This document shows, piece by piece, positions 1-11,822 of a stretch of DNA of 63,527 nt. The notes beneath the pieces were generated by a model. That model saw only the letters and a list, made by a program, of their open reading frames with translations. It did no database searches and was not told the origin of the DNA. The position numbers were made by a program, and so were the translations under genes. The stretch's first letter is position 1; every line of letters starts with the position of its first letter. The DNA is from Chiloscyllium plagiosum (Eukaryota). The stretch lies in the NCBI RefSeq assembly GCF_004010195.1, contig NC_057722.1, forward strand, positions 55,834,436 through 55,897,962, written 5' to 3'.

Positions 1-239
1 TTAGATTACCTATAGTGTGGAAACAGGCCCTTTGGCCCAGCAAATCCATCCCGACCCTCCGAAGAGTAACCCATCCAGACTTACCCTGACTAATGGACCT
101 AAACTATGAGCACCCGGAGGAAAGGCAACGCAGACACGGGAAGAATGTGCAAACTTCACAGTGGCCCGAGGCGGGAATTGAACCTGGGTCCATGGCGCTG
201 TGAGGCAGCAGTGCTAACCACTGAGCCACCGTGCCGCCC
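1..239 (-). mobile_element. HE1/V-SINE-type tRNA-derived SINE (internally deleted)
   Basis: Reverse complement starts GGGCGGCACGGTGGCTCAGTGGTTAGCACTGCTGCCTCACAGCGCC (tRNA-like head) and ends in a TAATCTAA tail; same family as 12112-12428. Confidence 0.85.
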
Positions 240-761
240 CCCCGTTAGCGATCGTTCTATTTCCCCCCCCCCCCGAATTAGCTTTAAGAGTATACAGGGT
301 ACATGCGCACCCAAATCCTCCTACTCTCCAATTCCTACCTTCTTGCCTTAAAATAGTCCTGTTCGTCTTTCTCAGACCCAAAATCATTGACCCCACAATG
401 AACTCCATCACCGGTTTTACCCACTCACATCAGAGATCTTTTCCATCGTGATCTATTTCCTCGCAAATCTTCAAACTTACCGTACCTCGCAAGTATCAAA
501 TACAAACTCTAATACTTTACATGAGTCAAGTTAAGGATGTAAAAGTTTATATTGATAGAAATCAACATTTTTTTCCCAGGAAATTGGTTTCTCGAGACAA
601 GAGGAGCAGACCTCAAAAATTACAACAAAACGCGGGGGTATTGTCCCAACTTGTGCCGGGCACCAACAACGTTCACTTTCTGTCTGGCTGTAACTAGGGA
701 GATACTGTCTGGTTAACTCAGATTATAACAGGTCGGGAAGAGAACACAATAGACGCATTAC

Positions 762-836
762 CCGGAAATGTTGATCCCGGTACTGGCTCAGCTCCACATG
801 AGAATCACTGTTGAGGGCATTCAGTACAATAGACAT
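762..836 (-). CDS. NCBP2: Nuclear cap-binding protein subunit 2 (CBP20), coding exon 1; rest of gene lies off the left edge
   Basis: Minus strand ATG at 836 reads MSIVLNALNSDSHVELSQYRDQHFR (25 codons), then a GTAATG donor at 761. Matches the vertebrate CBP20 N-terminus (...ALRSDSYVELSQYRDQHFR) and lies head-to-head with NCBP2AS2 as in human. Confidence 0.93.
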
Positions 837-1287
837 GACACCAGAGAAATAAAAACAAACAGCAGCCTCCAACCAAACGGACCCGAACTGCCGGGAGCAG
901 CACGTGACTGGAAATCCCCGTCCTCTTCCTGTCCGTCCACTTGAAACGGTCCGTGCTACCGCCGCCTCCGGGCTGATCGTTCCTGAAATTAAACCGTCTT
1001 TTGGCGAGAATTGTCGTCCGATTTAGAATCAGAAAATGCACAATGGTTCGTGTTTGCATTCAGTTTCTGCAAAGGCAAAATATGAGCAAGATGCATAATC
1101 TTGTTTTTTTTTAGAAACAAATGGTCTCTCCTGCCCACCGGACTGTGAAAGTGACGGAGCGTTGCAGCCGATCGCCGAGATGATCGAGTCGTTTCCATGG
1201 TGATTGGACGATGGAGTCGATGGCCGAGTAGCGGGGAGGTTAGCAAACGAAGTGAGCGGGGGACGAGCAGGAGGGTGAGTGTCCGCC
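837..1287. promoter_or_regulatory. CpG-rich bidirectional promoter / 5' UTRs shared by NCBP2 and NCBP2AS2
   Basis: 451 bp between two divergent ATGs with high CpG density. E-box CACGTGAC at 901-908, E2F-like TTTTGGCG near 1000, inverted CCAAT (ATTGG) at 1203-1207. Confidence 0.8.
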
Positions 1288-1575
1288 ATGGTACTGCGAA
1301 AGCTGCTGCAGTCGGTGTTGAATAACGCGCGGCTGATCGAGAAGCTGTCGGAGTCTATGCCGATGCGGCGAGCGGCCCAGATCACTGTCTATGTGATAGC
1401 ACGGCTCCAGCTGAGAGGCCAGAATGTGGCCGAGCGACTGAGTCAGTTCAATGCCCTGCGGCAGCTCCTGGAGAAGGGAGACATTCCCCGCAACCTCAAC
1501 AAGAAACTGGCCGAACTGAAAGACGCCATTGCGAAGGAGCTGAAGGACTCTTTGGGGAAGAAAGGCGAAAAGTGA
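1288..1575 (+). CDS. NCBP2AS2: NCBP2AS2 (HIAR) microprotein, 95 aa, single coding exon
   Basis: Strong Kozak CCGCCATGG. MVLRKLLQSVLNNARLIEKLSESMPMRRAAQITVYVIARLQLRGQ resembles human MVLRRLL...VERLSESRPIRRAAQLT...QLRGQ; syntenic with NCBP2 and PIGZ. Confidence 0.92.
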   Translation: MVLRKLLQSVLNNARLIEKLSESMPMRRAAQITVYVIARLQLRGQNVAERLSQFNALRQLLEKGDIPRNLNKKLAELKDAIAKELKDSLGKKGEK

Positions 1576-2131
1576 AAAATACATTAAAAACTGGATTCTC
1601 CTCGGAGTTGATTCTCCGCACTCTCCGACACCTGCTGTGGTGACTGGACCAAAGAGGAAGACTTTGAAAAGTTACCCTATTTTAAAAGCACCACGGTAAA
1701 CATCTGTCCTGGGGATACTCCAGCTGACATTTGGGTAAATTCCCTTTCAGTATTCATGGTGGTTGGATTCCGATGTAGCGATACACTGACTTTGAAATTC
1801 TTTTGAAATGTTATGAATGCTTATTGTCATCAGCACAAGATCAGAATCGTGACACTTTTTCACCAGATTCAGATTAAATAGATGCCATCTGACAATTTTC
1901 CTATGTTGGCCGTAATTGTGCTGTAACTATTTGAGATTCACTTTAAATGCTGTGCAAATTCATTGATGACAATGTAAACTGTGCACACAATTCGTCAGAA
2001 ATGTCCTGTGATAGTCCAAAGAATTAAAGAAAACATGTTAATTGTTATTTGCCTTATTACTTGGACAAATCATTTTTTATTTATAAAGTGGAAACCTTAC
2101 ATGGTGTCATTTATGTTTAAATATATTTTAA

Positions 2132-2137
2132 AATAAA
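2132..2137 (+). terminator. Candidate polyadenylation signal for NCBP2AS2
   Basis: AATAAA about 560 nt after the stop, in AT-rich sequence before the repeat-derived region. Confidence 0.4.
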
Positions 2138-2589
2138 GGCAATGCAGTTCACAGAAAAATAACCTCAGGCTACACTTGTTCATGATAATGCATTGATATC
2201 GGACATTTCAGGCCTTCTTAAAATCTGGGTCCCTAATGAGAGAGCATTATTGAGAAATTAAACTGAAAGAACACAATCTGGAACTTTTAGTTGTTTTAAC
2301 AACTTGCATTCATATAGTACCTTAAATGTCCCACCCAAACCATGTTGTGGATTGCTCAACATAACTTGAGACTGAACCGTGCAAAGAAATTTTAGAAGTA
2401 ATGATCAAAACTTTTTTTAGGAGTGGCATTTAAAGTGTGCAATGTGAGGTTAGAGTGGGAATTTCAAAGCTTAGACTTTACCAAACCTGCTGAAATTTTC
2501 CAGCACTTTGTTTTTATTTCAGAACTCCAACATGCACAATCATTTTGTTTTTATATGCAACAACAATGGTGTCTTGAGATCGGTCCAAA

Positions 2590-3900
2590 TCAATTGACCT
2601 GTCTTTTTAAATATTCTTGCATGGTAAGTGGGTGTCACTGATACAGCCAACATTTATCTTCCAGCCGAAGTTGTCCTTGGAAGATTGTTATGAGTTGCCT
2701 TCTTGAACCACTTGCATCCAGTTGCTGAACGTATACTCACTATAATGTTGGTAACAGGTCCCAGAATTTTGACCTAGTGACATTGGATTTCATTATTTGT
2801 TAAGCAGAATCAGGGAGATCTTGCAGGTGTTAGTGATCTCATGTGTTTGCTGCCCAATCTTTTGAGAGAATAGTGTTCAGATATTTGGAAGATGATGTCT
2901 GAGAACCTTATTGAATTTGTCAGTGCAGCTTGTGTACACTGCTGCTGCTGTGTGTACTAATACTGTGGAGGATGTGAATGTGATTCCAATTAACAGGACT
3001 ACTTTGTTCTGGAATGAAGTCAAGCTTCTTGAGTTTTATTGAAGTTGTACTCAAAGAAAGTGAGGACTGCAGATGCTAGAGATCAGAGTTGAGAGTGTGG
3101 TGCAGGTCAGGCAGCATCCGAGGGGCAGGAGACTCGACGTTTTTGGACATGCCTGATGAAGGGCTTATGCCCAAAACCTAGATTTTACTGCTCCTCGGAT
3201 GCTGCCTGACCTGCTGTGCTTTTCCAGCACGATACTCTCGACTCTGAAGTTGTACTCATACAAGCAAGTGGGGAGTATTCTGTCACATGCCTGACTGCGA
3301 GCCTTGTACATGGTGAACTGTTTTTGGACAGTCACATGTGTTAATCACAGCAGGATCCCTATACTCTGGCCTACTTTTGTAGCCACAATATTTATATGGC
3401 AAGTCCAGTTCACTTTCTGGTCAATAGTAACCCCAGGATGTTGATAGTAATGAATTCAGCAATCGTAATGCCATTGAATGGCATAGGGCAATGGTTCTCT
3501 TTTGTTAGAAATGGTCATTGCCTGGCACTTACGTGGTTAAAATGTTACTTGCGACTTGAAACTTGTATATTGTCCACATCTTGCTGCATTATCTGAAGTC
3601 ACAAATGGCGCTGAACATTGCACAATCAACTGCAAACATCCCTGTTTCTGGTCTTTTAGTAGAGTTAAGGTCATTGCTGAAAATCGTTGGGTACATGACC
3701 TTACCCAGTGGAATTCTTGCAGAGTTGTTCTGGAGCGAAAATGACTGACCTCCGACAACCATAGCTATCTTCCTTTATGCTAGGTATTACTCCTATGATT
3801 CCTATTTTCTGTGGTTTTGCAAGGACTTCTTGATATCATAATTGGTCAAATGTGGCCTTGATGTCAAGGAATTCTCACCACTTGGATTGACTCTTCGAAG
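2590..3900 (-). mobile_element. Old, degraded CR1-clade LINE fragment
   Basis: Resembles the better preserved minus-strand LINE at 33950-35240 (e.g. TGACTGACCTCCGACAACC, GTGGCCTTGATGTCAAGG); no intact ORF. Confidence 0.5.
3054..3244. mobile_element. Palindromic Penelope-derived short element, family A
   Basis: Inverted arms (CAGGTCAGGCAGCATCCG.../...CGGATGCTGCCTGACCTG), decayed CTGATGAAGGGCTTATGCCC core, flanked by 14-bp direct repeat TGAAGTTGTACTCA (3040-3053 / 3245-3258). Confidence 0.8.
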
Positions 3901-4456
3901 GACTGGAAGGGAAATAATTGCAGTGGCACTCACGGGAGTAGAACTTGTGGAGGAAGTCCTTAATATTGAATGAAGGTCGTTGGTGGAAGTCCCACTACCC
4001 ACCCAAGATTTGAGTGGGGCGACTTTCTGAAATTCTTTCCTGCTCCTGAATTCCTCTCGCTAGCCTCATAATTGTGTTCTGTTGGCAAACAGTCCTTAAA
4101 TAGTCATTAGTTGCCCACTTGAGCGCTTCAATTGGGTAAGGCGAGCAGGTTCCTAAATTCTGGCTGCACCTTTTTTCTAGCTAGATTGTCCATATTATTA
4201 ACAACAATGTTCATATCCTGGGTGTTCTGCACAAGTTCAGTGACAGTTTTATCCCTGACACCAGGGAAAGAACTCACCATCCTGGATTCATGCCTGTGGC
4301 TGCAGAATTCCCTCTTTACTCCTTAACTATTGAATCTTCTATCACTGTTGTTCTTCCAGTATTCCTCGTGCCTTCTGTACAACTGAGTCAGCCAAGGTGC
4401 CATGGACCTAACTGGCTTCACTTTGCAGATGAACCATCACTTACATCAGTATTCCA

Positions 4457-4602
4457 TGATGTGGAGGTGCCAGTGTTGGACTAGGGTGGACAAAGTTACT
4501 CAATCACACAACACCAGATTATAGTTCAACAGATTCATTTGGAAGTACTAATGCTTCCAAATAAACCTTTTGGACTATAACTTGGTGTTGTGTGATCTTT
4601 AA
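4457..4602. mobile_element. Palindromic short element, family B (centre deleted), inserted in a minus-strand CR1 ORF1 fragment
   Basis: Arms ATCACACAACACCAGATTATAGT.../...ACTATAACTTGGTGTTGTGTGAT. Flanking near-identical 12-mers ATCAGTATTCCA / ATCAGAATTCCA. Confidence 0.7.
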
Positions 4603-6614
4603 ATCAGAATTCCAAAGTAAGTATTGATTGGAAAATGAGATGCACTCAGAGGACTCCTGCATGATCTGCCTGTTTCTTCTTGATTGGCTAATGGTCACCC
4701 ATTCTCTATTTCCCCGTATATGCATAAACTGTGGGCTGACTTCATCTATAATAGGCTATCCTTGAAGGTATGTTGCATGATGCCAACTGCTGCTCAAGCT
4801 CTGAAATCTAGAGTTTGAGCTGTTATCCACAATAGGATCACATTAACAGGATGTGAACTCCAAACGTTTGAGGTACTCTGCAACCTAAAAAAGAAAGCCT
4901 TATTACCAATTAACTTCAGTAGAGGGAAATTAACTGAAATGTTTTATTTACCCCAAATTTGTCTGAAAAAAATTGAAATTTCTACTTTCCCATCCATATA
5001 GATTAATTGTATAGTTGTAAATAGAAAAACACAGCTGCAACACTCTCAGCCTTTCTGTAAGGTCACTATTTTATTCTTGTTTTCTCTCTTTTTCAAACAT
5101 AAGCATGCCTAGGTCTGCTGATGGCAACAAATCTCTCTCCTAATAAGTCATGACTGACAAACTTGACTTAAGTTGTGACCCATGCGGGACAAATCCTAAA
5201 AGGAGGTAGGATAAAGTGGTAAAAAAATTGATTGCTTTGGTTTATAACTAGGGGAAAAAGAAAATAACAGATTATTCTAGAACATTATAAATCATTAGGT
5301 GGACTTCAACTAGACTGTCATGATGCATTCTGGACAATCCACTTCAAAAAATAATGTAAAGAGATTTAAGATGTACAGAGTCCATTTATTAGAATGTATC
5401 AATGATACTTTTGAGTTATGAGTGGGTTATAAAAATATGGTCAACTGTTGTAACAAAGGTTAAGAAGTTACCTGTTAAGAGATTTTAAGATGAGAGATTT
5501 TGATAAATGGTGAAATAAAATCCAAAATCATTAGAAAAAGTCTTGAAGAGAGAGCAAGATATTTTTCTTTTTTATTTAGAGAGTTGAGATCTAAATTACT
5601 GTACTTGAAATGGAAACTGTTCCTATTCAATACTTTTGAAAGGGAACTAGAATATTTGAGGATGAGGAACTTACATGGCTATGGAAAAATGGTGGGATAA
5701 TGTGGAACAATACACCATTGCTCTTTCAAAGAGCATGTACTAGCACAATGGGCCAAATGACCTCCCTCTCTGCTATAAGTTTCTAAAATTATTACATTAG
5801 TTACAACCCGGTGTCACCCTTAGTAGCCCCTGCACAATATTTGGGAAGGACATTTGAATACTAGATGTTAGCAGTATTGATAAGTATCTGCTTATCGAGA
5901 TGGTTCATCATATTAAATATAGCTTAGACAATATAGCTTAGTTACTGTTATACTTATGATTTAATCAAATTTACCACCTGACCTACATCATATCACAAGT
6001 TAATGTACTGGTCTATGAAAAACTACACAGTTATATAAAATGATGTGACAATGAAAAGACATTAGATCTACAATATGAATACAGTGTAAAGAGAAGCATC
6101 ACCTGATTTCTTAAACCATTTTAGTACTTTATTGCGTACATATTAACAGCTGTGAAACTGAGATGTAGAATACACATTAAAGTAAATGGTTAAAAATAAA
6201 CAATTTTACTACTGGATTTCTTAATATTAAGTTAATATATTTCTACTAGAGGCTTTGTCTGCAAAAAGTCATATTTTAAATTTTTTAATGAGAATATGAC
6301 AGAAAGTTACAAACTAAGTGTAGAAAATATTCTGGTTTTGAGCTCACATTTTGTTCCCCAGAATCTGCTAAAATTAACAGGGGCCTGTGTAGTAAATGCA
6401 TAAACCACAATTTCTATTTTCAACCATACAGAATTTTAGTATTTGAAGGTTACATAATAGTCCTTTGGAGCTGAGGTAATCAGAGTACAGAGATGAGCTG
6501 TATTTCCGTAGGCTCCACCAGTGTTGGAGATCTTAGTGCTTTTTGAATTCTGGCCTGATAATTCCTATGATTTATGACCCTCTTGCTAAGCACAGCAGGA
6601 TGTTTCACTATGTT

Positions 6615-6897
6615 CGTAGAATCCCTACAGTGTGGAAACAAGTCCTTCGGCCCATGAAGTCCAAACCGACCCTCTGCAGAGTAACCCACCCAGATCCATT
6701 CCCCTACATTTAACCCCTGACAAATGCAGAAGAAGGGGTTCCTGAAGAAGGGTTCATGCCCAAAACGTTGATTCTCCTGCTCCTTGGATGCTGCCTGACC
6801 TGCTGCACTTTTCCAGCAACACACTTTCAGCCCTGACAAATGCACCCAACCTACACATCCCTGAACACTGTGGACAATTTAGCACTGTGCTGCCCTA
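6615..6897 (-). mobile_element. HE1/V-SINE fragment interrupted by a single-arm family A element (6729-6830)
   Basis: SINE 3' part is split by CCTGAAGAAGGGTTCATGCCCAAAACG...; 14-bp TSD CCCTGACAAATGCA at 6715-6728 / 6831-6844. Confidence 0.75.
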
Positions 6898-7410
6898 AAT
6901 ATGTTAAATGAAGCATATAAATAAAACTCATTCTTGTACTTTTAATACCTAATCCTAACTTACATTGAACTTGATCTACGTTTCTTACCAACAAAATGCC
7001 ATATATGGTACCTTTTGTAAATCACCTGAAAGACTCTAATAATTTATAGTCACCGAGAGCCAGCATTTCTGCAAATGTAAGTATATAAATACATCACAGA
7101 AGAAGTTAAAATGACATCTTCAAAATATAGTTGCTCTGGAGTTTAGGAAAATGATGTGTGGTCTCAATTAATCTTTTAAAATTCTGAGTAGACTGGACAG
7201 TTTGGATGTTTACATGTTGTCCCACACCCCGCTCCTCCCCTTACACAGAATACTGTGAATCTTTGAAATTCTCCACTGCATTGTGGATGCTCAGTCTTGA
7301 GTGTATTCAAGACTGAAATGCAATAGTATTTGGTCTCGAGGGGAATGAAAGCATATGGCCTTTTTGGAAAAACAGAACTGAGTTCACAAATTAGCTGTAA
7401 TCTTAATATT

Positions 7411-9056
7411 CTAAATCTTTGACTTTGTGTGCACTTTGAAAATGTAAAGACTCAGCTGGTTCAATCCATCTTCAGAAAGAAAAGAAGAAATATCAGGTGG
7501 ATCTTCCATAGTTAAATGAGGGAAGAACGATGCAACAGTTTTCCAATGAAAGCCACAGCTTTTGATATCATCTTGAACAGTGCCAGGTGCAATAATATAA
7601 ATATTTATTTCCTGATTATTCCCATTGTGCTTGGACAAGCACTTTGTCAAGTGCATTGAGAAATTGTCGTGCAATCCATTCACTGTGTTATTGAGTATAG
7701 ACACATCAGACCCTCCCAAGTCAATGATTCTGATACACTCTTGGTCTGATTTGATGTTCAAGAGATATCTAGGAGGCATGTAGGTGTGATAAAATATCAA
7801 ATCATGCTCAGACTGGTTAGCTATGGGATCTTTTGAATGCAAAACATTTTCTAAATAGGACAAACAAGGAATTAAGCCACCCTGGTGCAGACAGCCAAAA
7901 AGTACAGAACATAAAATGTTAAACACAACAATTACAGCTTTCCCCCTCAATATCTCATAATTTAAAACACTATGTATAACAATTGGTATAATGAGTGGAG
8001 TAAGAAACCGTGCCTCCTGATGACTGAACAAGGACAGAATGATTAGAGGAACAAAATAAACCAAAATTAAATACCTAGTAATTGGAGGGGGAGCAGGAAA
8101 CTGCATTCGTAATCTCTTATCAAACTGCTGTTTCTTTGGGTCATGACACCTACCTGTGCCAACAGACTTCTGAGTTATAATTCTGATAACAGATACAAAA
8201 GCTGACAAGTGAAGAGCACCAAACATTGTAAAACCATTAACAGTCAGATGTGTAAACCAGGGATGCCTCCCATGTACAGAAAGGTTGTCTGGATCCAAGT
8301 TATACAAAATGAAATTAAGTGGAGTTAAAACTAGGTTTTTACTTAGATTAATGATATGTTTGTGTATAGAATATCTATCTTCCATAAACCAATCAAATTC
8401 AGAAACCAATAAATTAAAATATAGTGTATCAATAATAATGAAAATGAAACTGGTTACAATTACAGGTGAAAAAATGCTAAATGATGTTTTCAGTATTGTT
8501 CTTAAGTTGAATTGAAACTTTTCTTTCTGATCATGAGAAAGCCACAAGATCATTGGCATTAAAGCGTAACTAATGAATGTGGGCCTATTAAAAAATCCAG
8601 AGACCAAAACAACCCCAATAAGATATTTATTGTTCGTTCTTTCCTCCTCCTTAGGATGTATTGCCACACTTGTTTGCTGTACGTCCATAGCCACAAACAG
8701 CAGCAGTAATGCAAATAGAACTCCTTCTATAACATTTGAAAATGTCCTTGTGTAAAAAACCAACATCACATGTGACCCACTCAGCAGTATTAAAGAATGC
8801 CAAGGGTCTGCTCCCCAGAGACAGGCTAAATGGTATATAGAGTAGTCCAATATAAAGGATAGGCATGTCAGGTATAATCTGGGAAAAATCAACAAACTGT
8901 AGCTGTTTAGGATACTGCCAAATAATCCAGAATTGTGTAAAGTTTTCAGGACAATGAAGGAAAAGCCAGTTGTGGCCATTGGGAAAAGGATTGATCTGCT
9001 GGGATAGCTGGTATTGAATTCCCAAGAACGAAAGATCTTCAAGTTCAAAATGTCAC
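7411..9056 (-). CDS. PIGZ: GPI mannosyltransferase 4 (PIGZ/SMP3, GT22 family), copy A, large last coding exon
   Basis: Acceptor TTCTTCACAG at 9057, phase 1, reading GDILNLKIFRSWEF...TRTFSN...FFNRPTF...HQEARF...HQGG...YMPP...FFPHL to TAG at 7411. With the exon at 18499-18616 this gives an uninterrupted 587-aa multi-pass protein. Confidence 0.93.
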
Positions 9057-11600
9057 CTGTGAAGAAAAGATAAATGTTTTTGAAATAAAATACATTTCAT
9101 AAGGAGGATGGTGGCACTGTCCTAAACTGGGTACAGGGGAACCCCAACAAAGCTGTATCCTCCCTTTCTTGTAACAGGCTGCTCCTGTTTTGAGGTATTT
9201 TAGGTGCTGGAGGTGAGTTCCTCGAATCCCAGGAGCAGCAATTCCTGTTTTATATGATGTTGCATTGTTTTGAAACTTTGGAGGAAAAAAAATGTCAAAA
9301 CAATGGGACCTTTAAAAGGAAGAGGACAGACAAAGGCAGTACATGGTCAGGTCAGTGCAGGAGAGAGAAAGGAAGAAACCCACACTGCTAACTGACACAG
9401 CAGTGAACCTATGCAGTTACTGCTTTTGCTGTTGAATTAATGTATTGCTGGACATCGGAATGCATCTAGGAAAATTAACAAACAGTGAAATTTACAACTG
9501 ATCTTGGAGGAACCTGTTTGGGAGAGGTCACAGCACGGAAACAGGACAAGTGAATAGTTTTAAGTATAGCCTTGCTATGAGTCTACAACAGTGAGTAGAG
9601 TGAGTCTTTCTTGATTATCTGTTTTATTGAGATATGTCTCTTGATTAAACTTAAAAATATAAGCCATAATTATTAAGTTAGCCTGGAACAGTGTTTTGTA
9701 GTGGAATAAGAAGGTGCAATTTTCTAGGTCTGTAGATTGGAAGAAGCACAAATGGCCCCGAGTAAAATGACACGCTCTTCTTGTTGGATCTGGGAGCTTA
9801 GGGAGGTTTACATGTTACTGGGGATTATATCTGCAATAAATGCCTTTGGTTGCGAATCCTATCAGATCTAATGGATCGGTTGGAGCGACAGTTAGAGGCA
9901 ATGAAGAATTTACAAGAGCAAGAGGGTGTGATGGATGGGACGCAGTTATAGGAAGGAAGGAAAGCCACAGATACAGTCACATAGATGGGTTAGCTCCAGG
10001 AAAGGTAAGAGAGATAGGCAGGCAGTGCAGGAGTCTTCTGTGGCTATCCCCATTTCAAACAAGCATGCTGTTTTGGAAAACGTAGGATTCTCAGGGGAAT
10101 GTAGCATGAACAGCCAAGTTTCTGGTATTAAGACAGGTTCTAATGCAATGAGGGGTACATCAGGTTTCAGGAGATCAATTGTGTTAGGGGAATCTCTAAT
10201 CTGAGGCACAGACAGACGTTTTTGTGGCCAGCAGTGAAAAATCAGAATGGTATGTTGCCTCCCTGGTGCTAGTATCAAGAATGTCTCAGAGAGGGTGCAG
10301 AATGTTCTCAAGGGGGAGAGGGACCAGCAGAAGGTCATTGTACACACTGAAACCGACAACATTGGAAGGGAAAAAGATGACATTCTGAAGGCAGAATATA
10401 GAGAGTTAGGCAGGAATTTAAAATGGAGGTCCTCAAGCATAGTAATATCTGGATTATTCCCAGTGCTACAAGCTAGTGAGAGTAGGAAAAGGAGGATAGA
10501 GCAGATGAATGCATGGTTGAGGAGCTGGTGAATGGGAGGATTCACATTTTTGGATCATTGGAATCTCTTCTGGGGTAGAAGTACCTGTGCAAGAAGGACA
10601 GATTGCACCTGAATTAGAAGGGACTAATATAGTGGCAAGGAGATTTGCGAGAGCTGCTCAGGAGGATTTAGACTAGTAAGATGGGGGGGTGGTGGGACCC
10701 AGGGAGAAAGTGAGGAAAGAGATCAGTCTGAGACTGACTATTGAGAAAAGAAGCAAGTCAAACAGTCAGGGCAAGCAGAGGCAAAGTGGAGAAGAAAGTA
10801 GGACTGGTAAATTAAATTGCATTTATTTAAATGCAGGGGGCCTAACAGGGAAGGCAGATGAACTTAGGACATGGTTAGGAACATGGGACTGGGATATCAT
10901 AGCAATTACAGAAACGTGGCTCAGGGATGGACAGGACTGGCAGCTTAATGTTCCAGAATACAACTGCTACAGGAAGGACAGAAAGGAAGGCAAGAGAGGA
11001 GGGGGAGTGGCATTTTTGATAAGGGATAGCATTACAACTGTACTGAGGGAGGACACTCTCGGAAATCCATCCAAGGAGGTTATTTGGGTGGAACTGAGAA
11101 ATAAGAAAGGAATGATCACTTTTACTGGGATTATTTTAATGACCCCCTAATAGTGGGAAATTGAAAAACAACTTTGTAAGGAGATCTCAGTTATCTGTAC
11201 TGATAATAGGGTGGTTATGGTAGAGGGTTTTAACTTTCCAAATATAGACTGGGACTACCATAGTGTTAAGGTTTTAGATGGAGAGGAATTTGTTAAAGCA
11301 TGTACAAGAGAATTTTCTGATTCAGTATGTGGATGTACCTACCAGAGAAGGTGCAAAACTTGACCTACTCTTGGAAAATAAGGCAGAGCAGGAGACTGAG
11401 GTGTCAGTGAGGGAGCAGTTTGGGGCCAGCAATCATAATTCTATTGGTTTTAAAATAGTGATGGAAAAGGATAGACCAATTCTAAAAGTTGAAGTTCTAA
11501 ACTGGAGGAAGGATCATTTTGATGGTATTAGGCAAGAACTTTCAAAAGCTGTATGGGGGCAGATGTTCGCAGGTAAAGGGACGGCTTGGAAAACGGGAAG

Positions 11601-11822
11601 AAAGTGAGGTCTGCAGATGCTGGAGATCAAAGTTGAAACTTTATTGCTGGAACAGCACAGCAGGTCAGGCAGCATCCAGGGAACAGGAGATTCGACGTTT
11701 CGGGCACAGGCCCTTCTTCAGGAATCATTCCTGAAGAAGGGCCTGTGCCCGAAACGTCGAATCTCCTGTTCCCTGGATGCTGCCTGACCTGCTGTGCTGT
11801 TCCAGCAATAAAGTTTCAACTT
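11601..11822. mobile_element. Young perfect-palindrome family A element inserted in CR1 ORF2
   Basis: 11630-11725 is the exact reverse complement of 11727-11822 (96-bp arms, 1-nt spacer); 16-bp TSD CTTGGAAAACGGGAAG at 11585-11600 / 11820-11835. Confidence 0.92.
11727..11762 (+). ncRNA. Minimal type I hammerhead ribozyme motif (mirror copy on - strand at 11690-11725)
   Basis: AUUC-CUGAAGA-A-GGGC(CUGU)GCCC-GAAAC-GUC|GAAU: conserved core boxes, 4-bp stem II, stem I AUUC/GAAU, loop-less palindromic ACGU stem III. Activity not tested. Confidence 0.7.

Noticed and set aside
1029-1584. Minus-strand ORFs overlapping the promoter and NCBP2AS2
   Set aside because: Shadow ORFs of GC-rich sequence with no recognisable homology.
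7411-7440. Possible ER-retrieval dilysine signal at the PIGZ-A C-terminus (TKSKI)
   Set aside because: Lysine spacing does not fit KKxx or KxKxx, and it is not shared with copy B.
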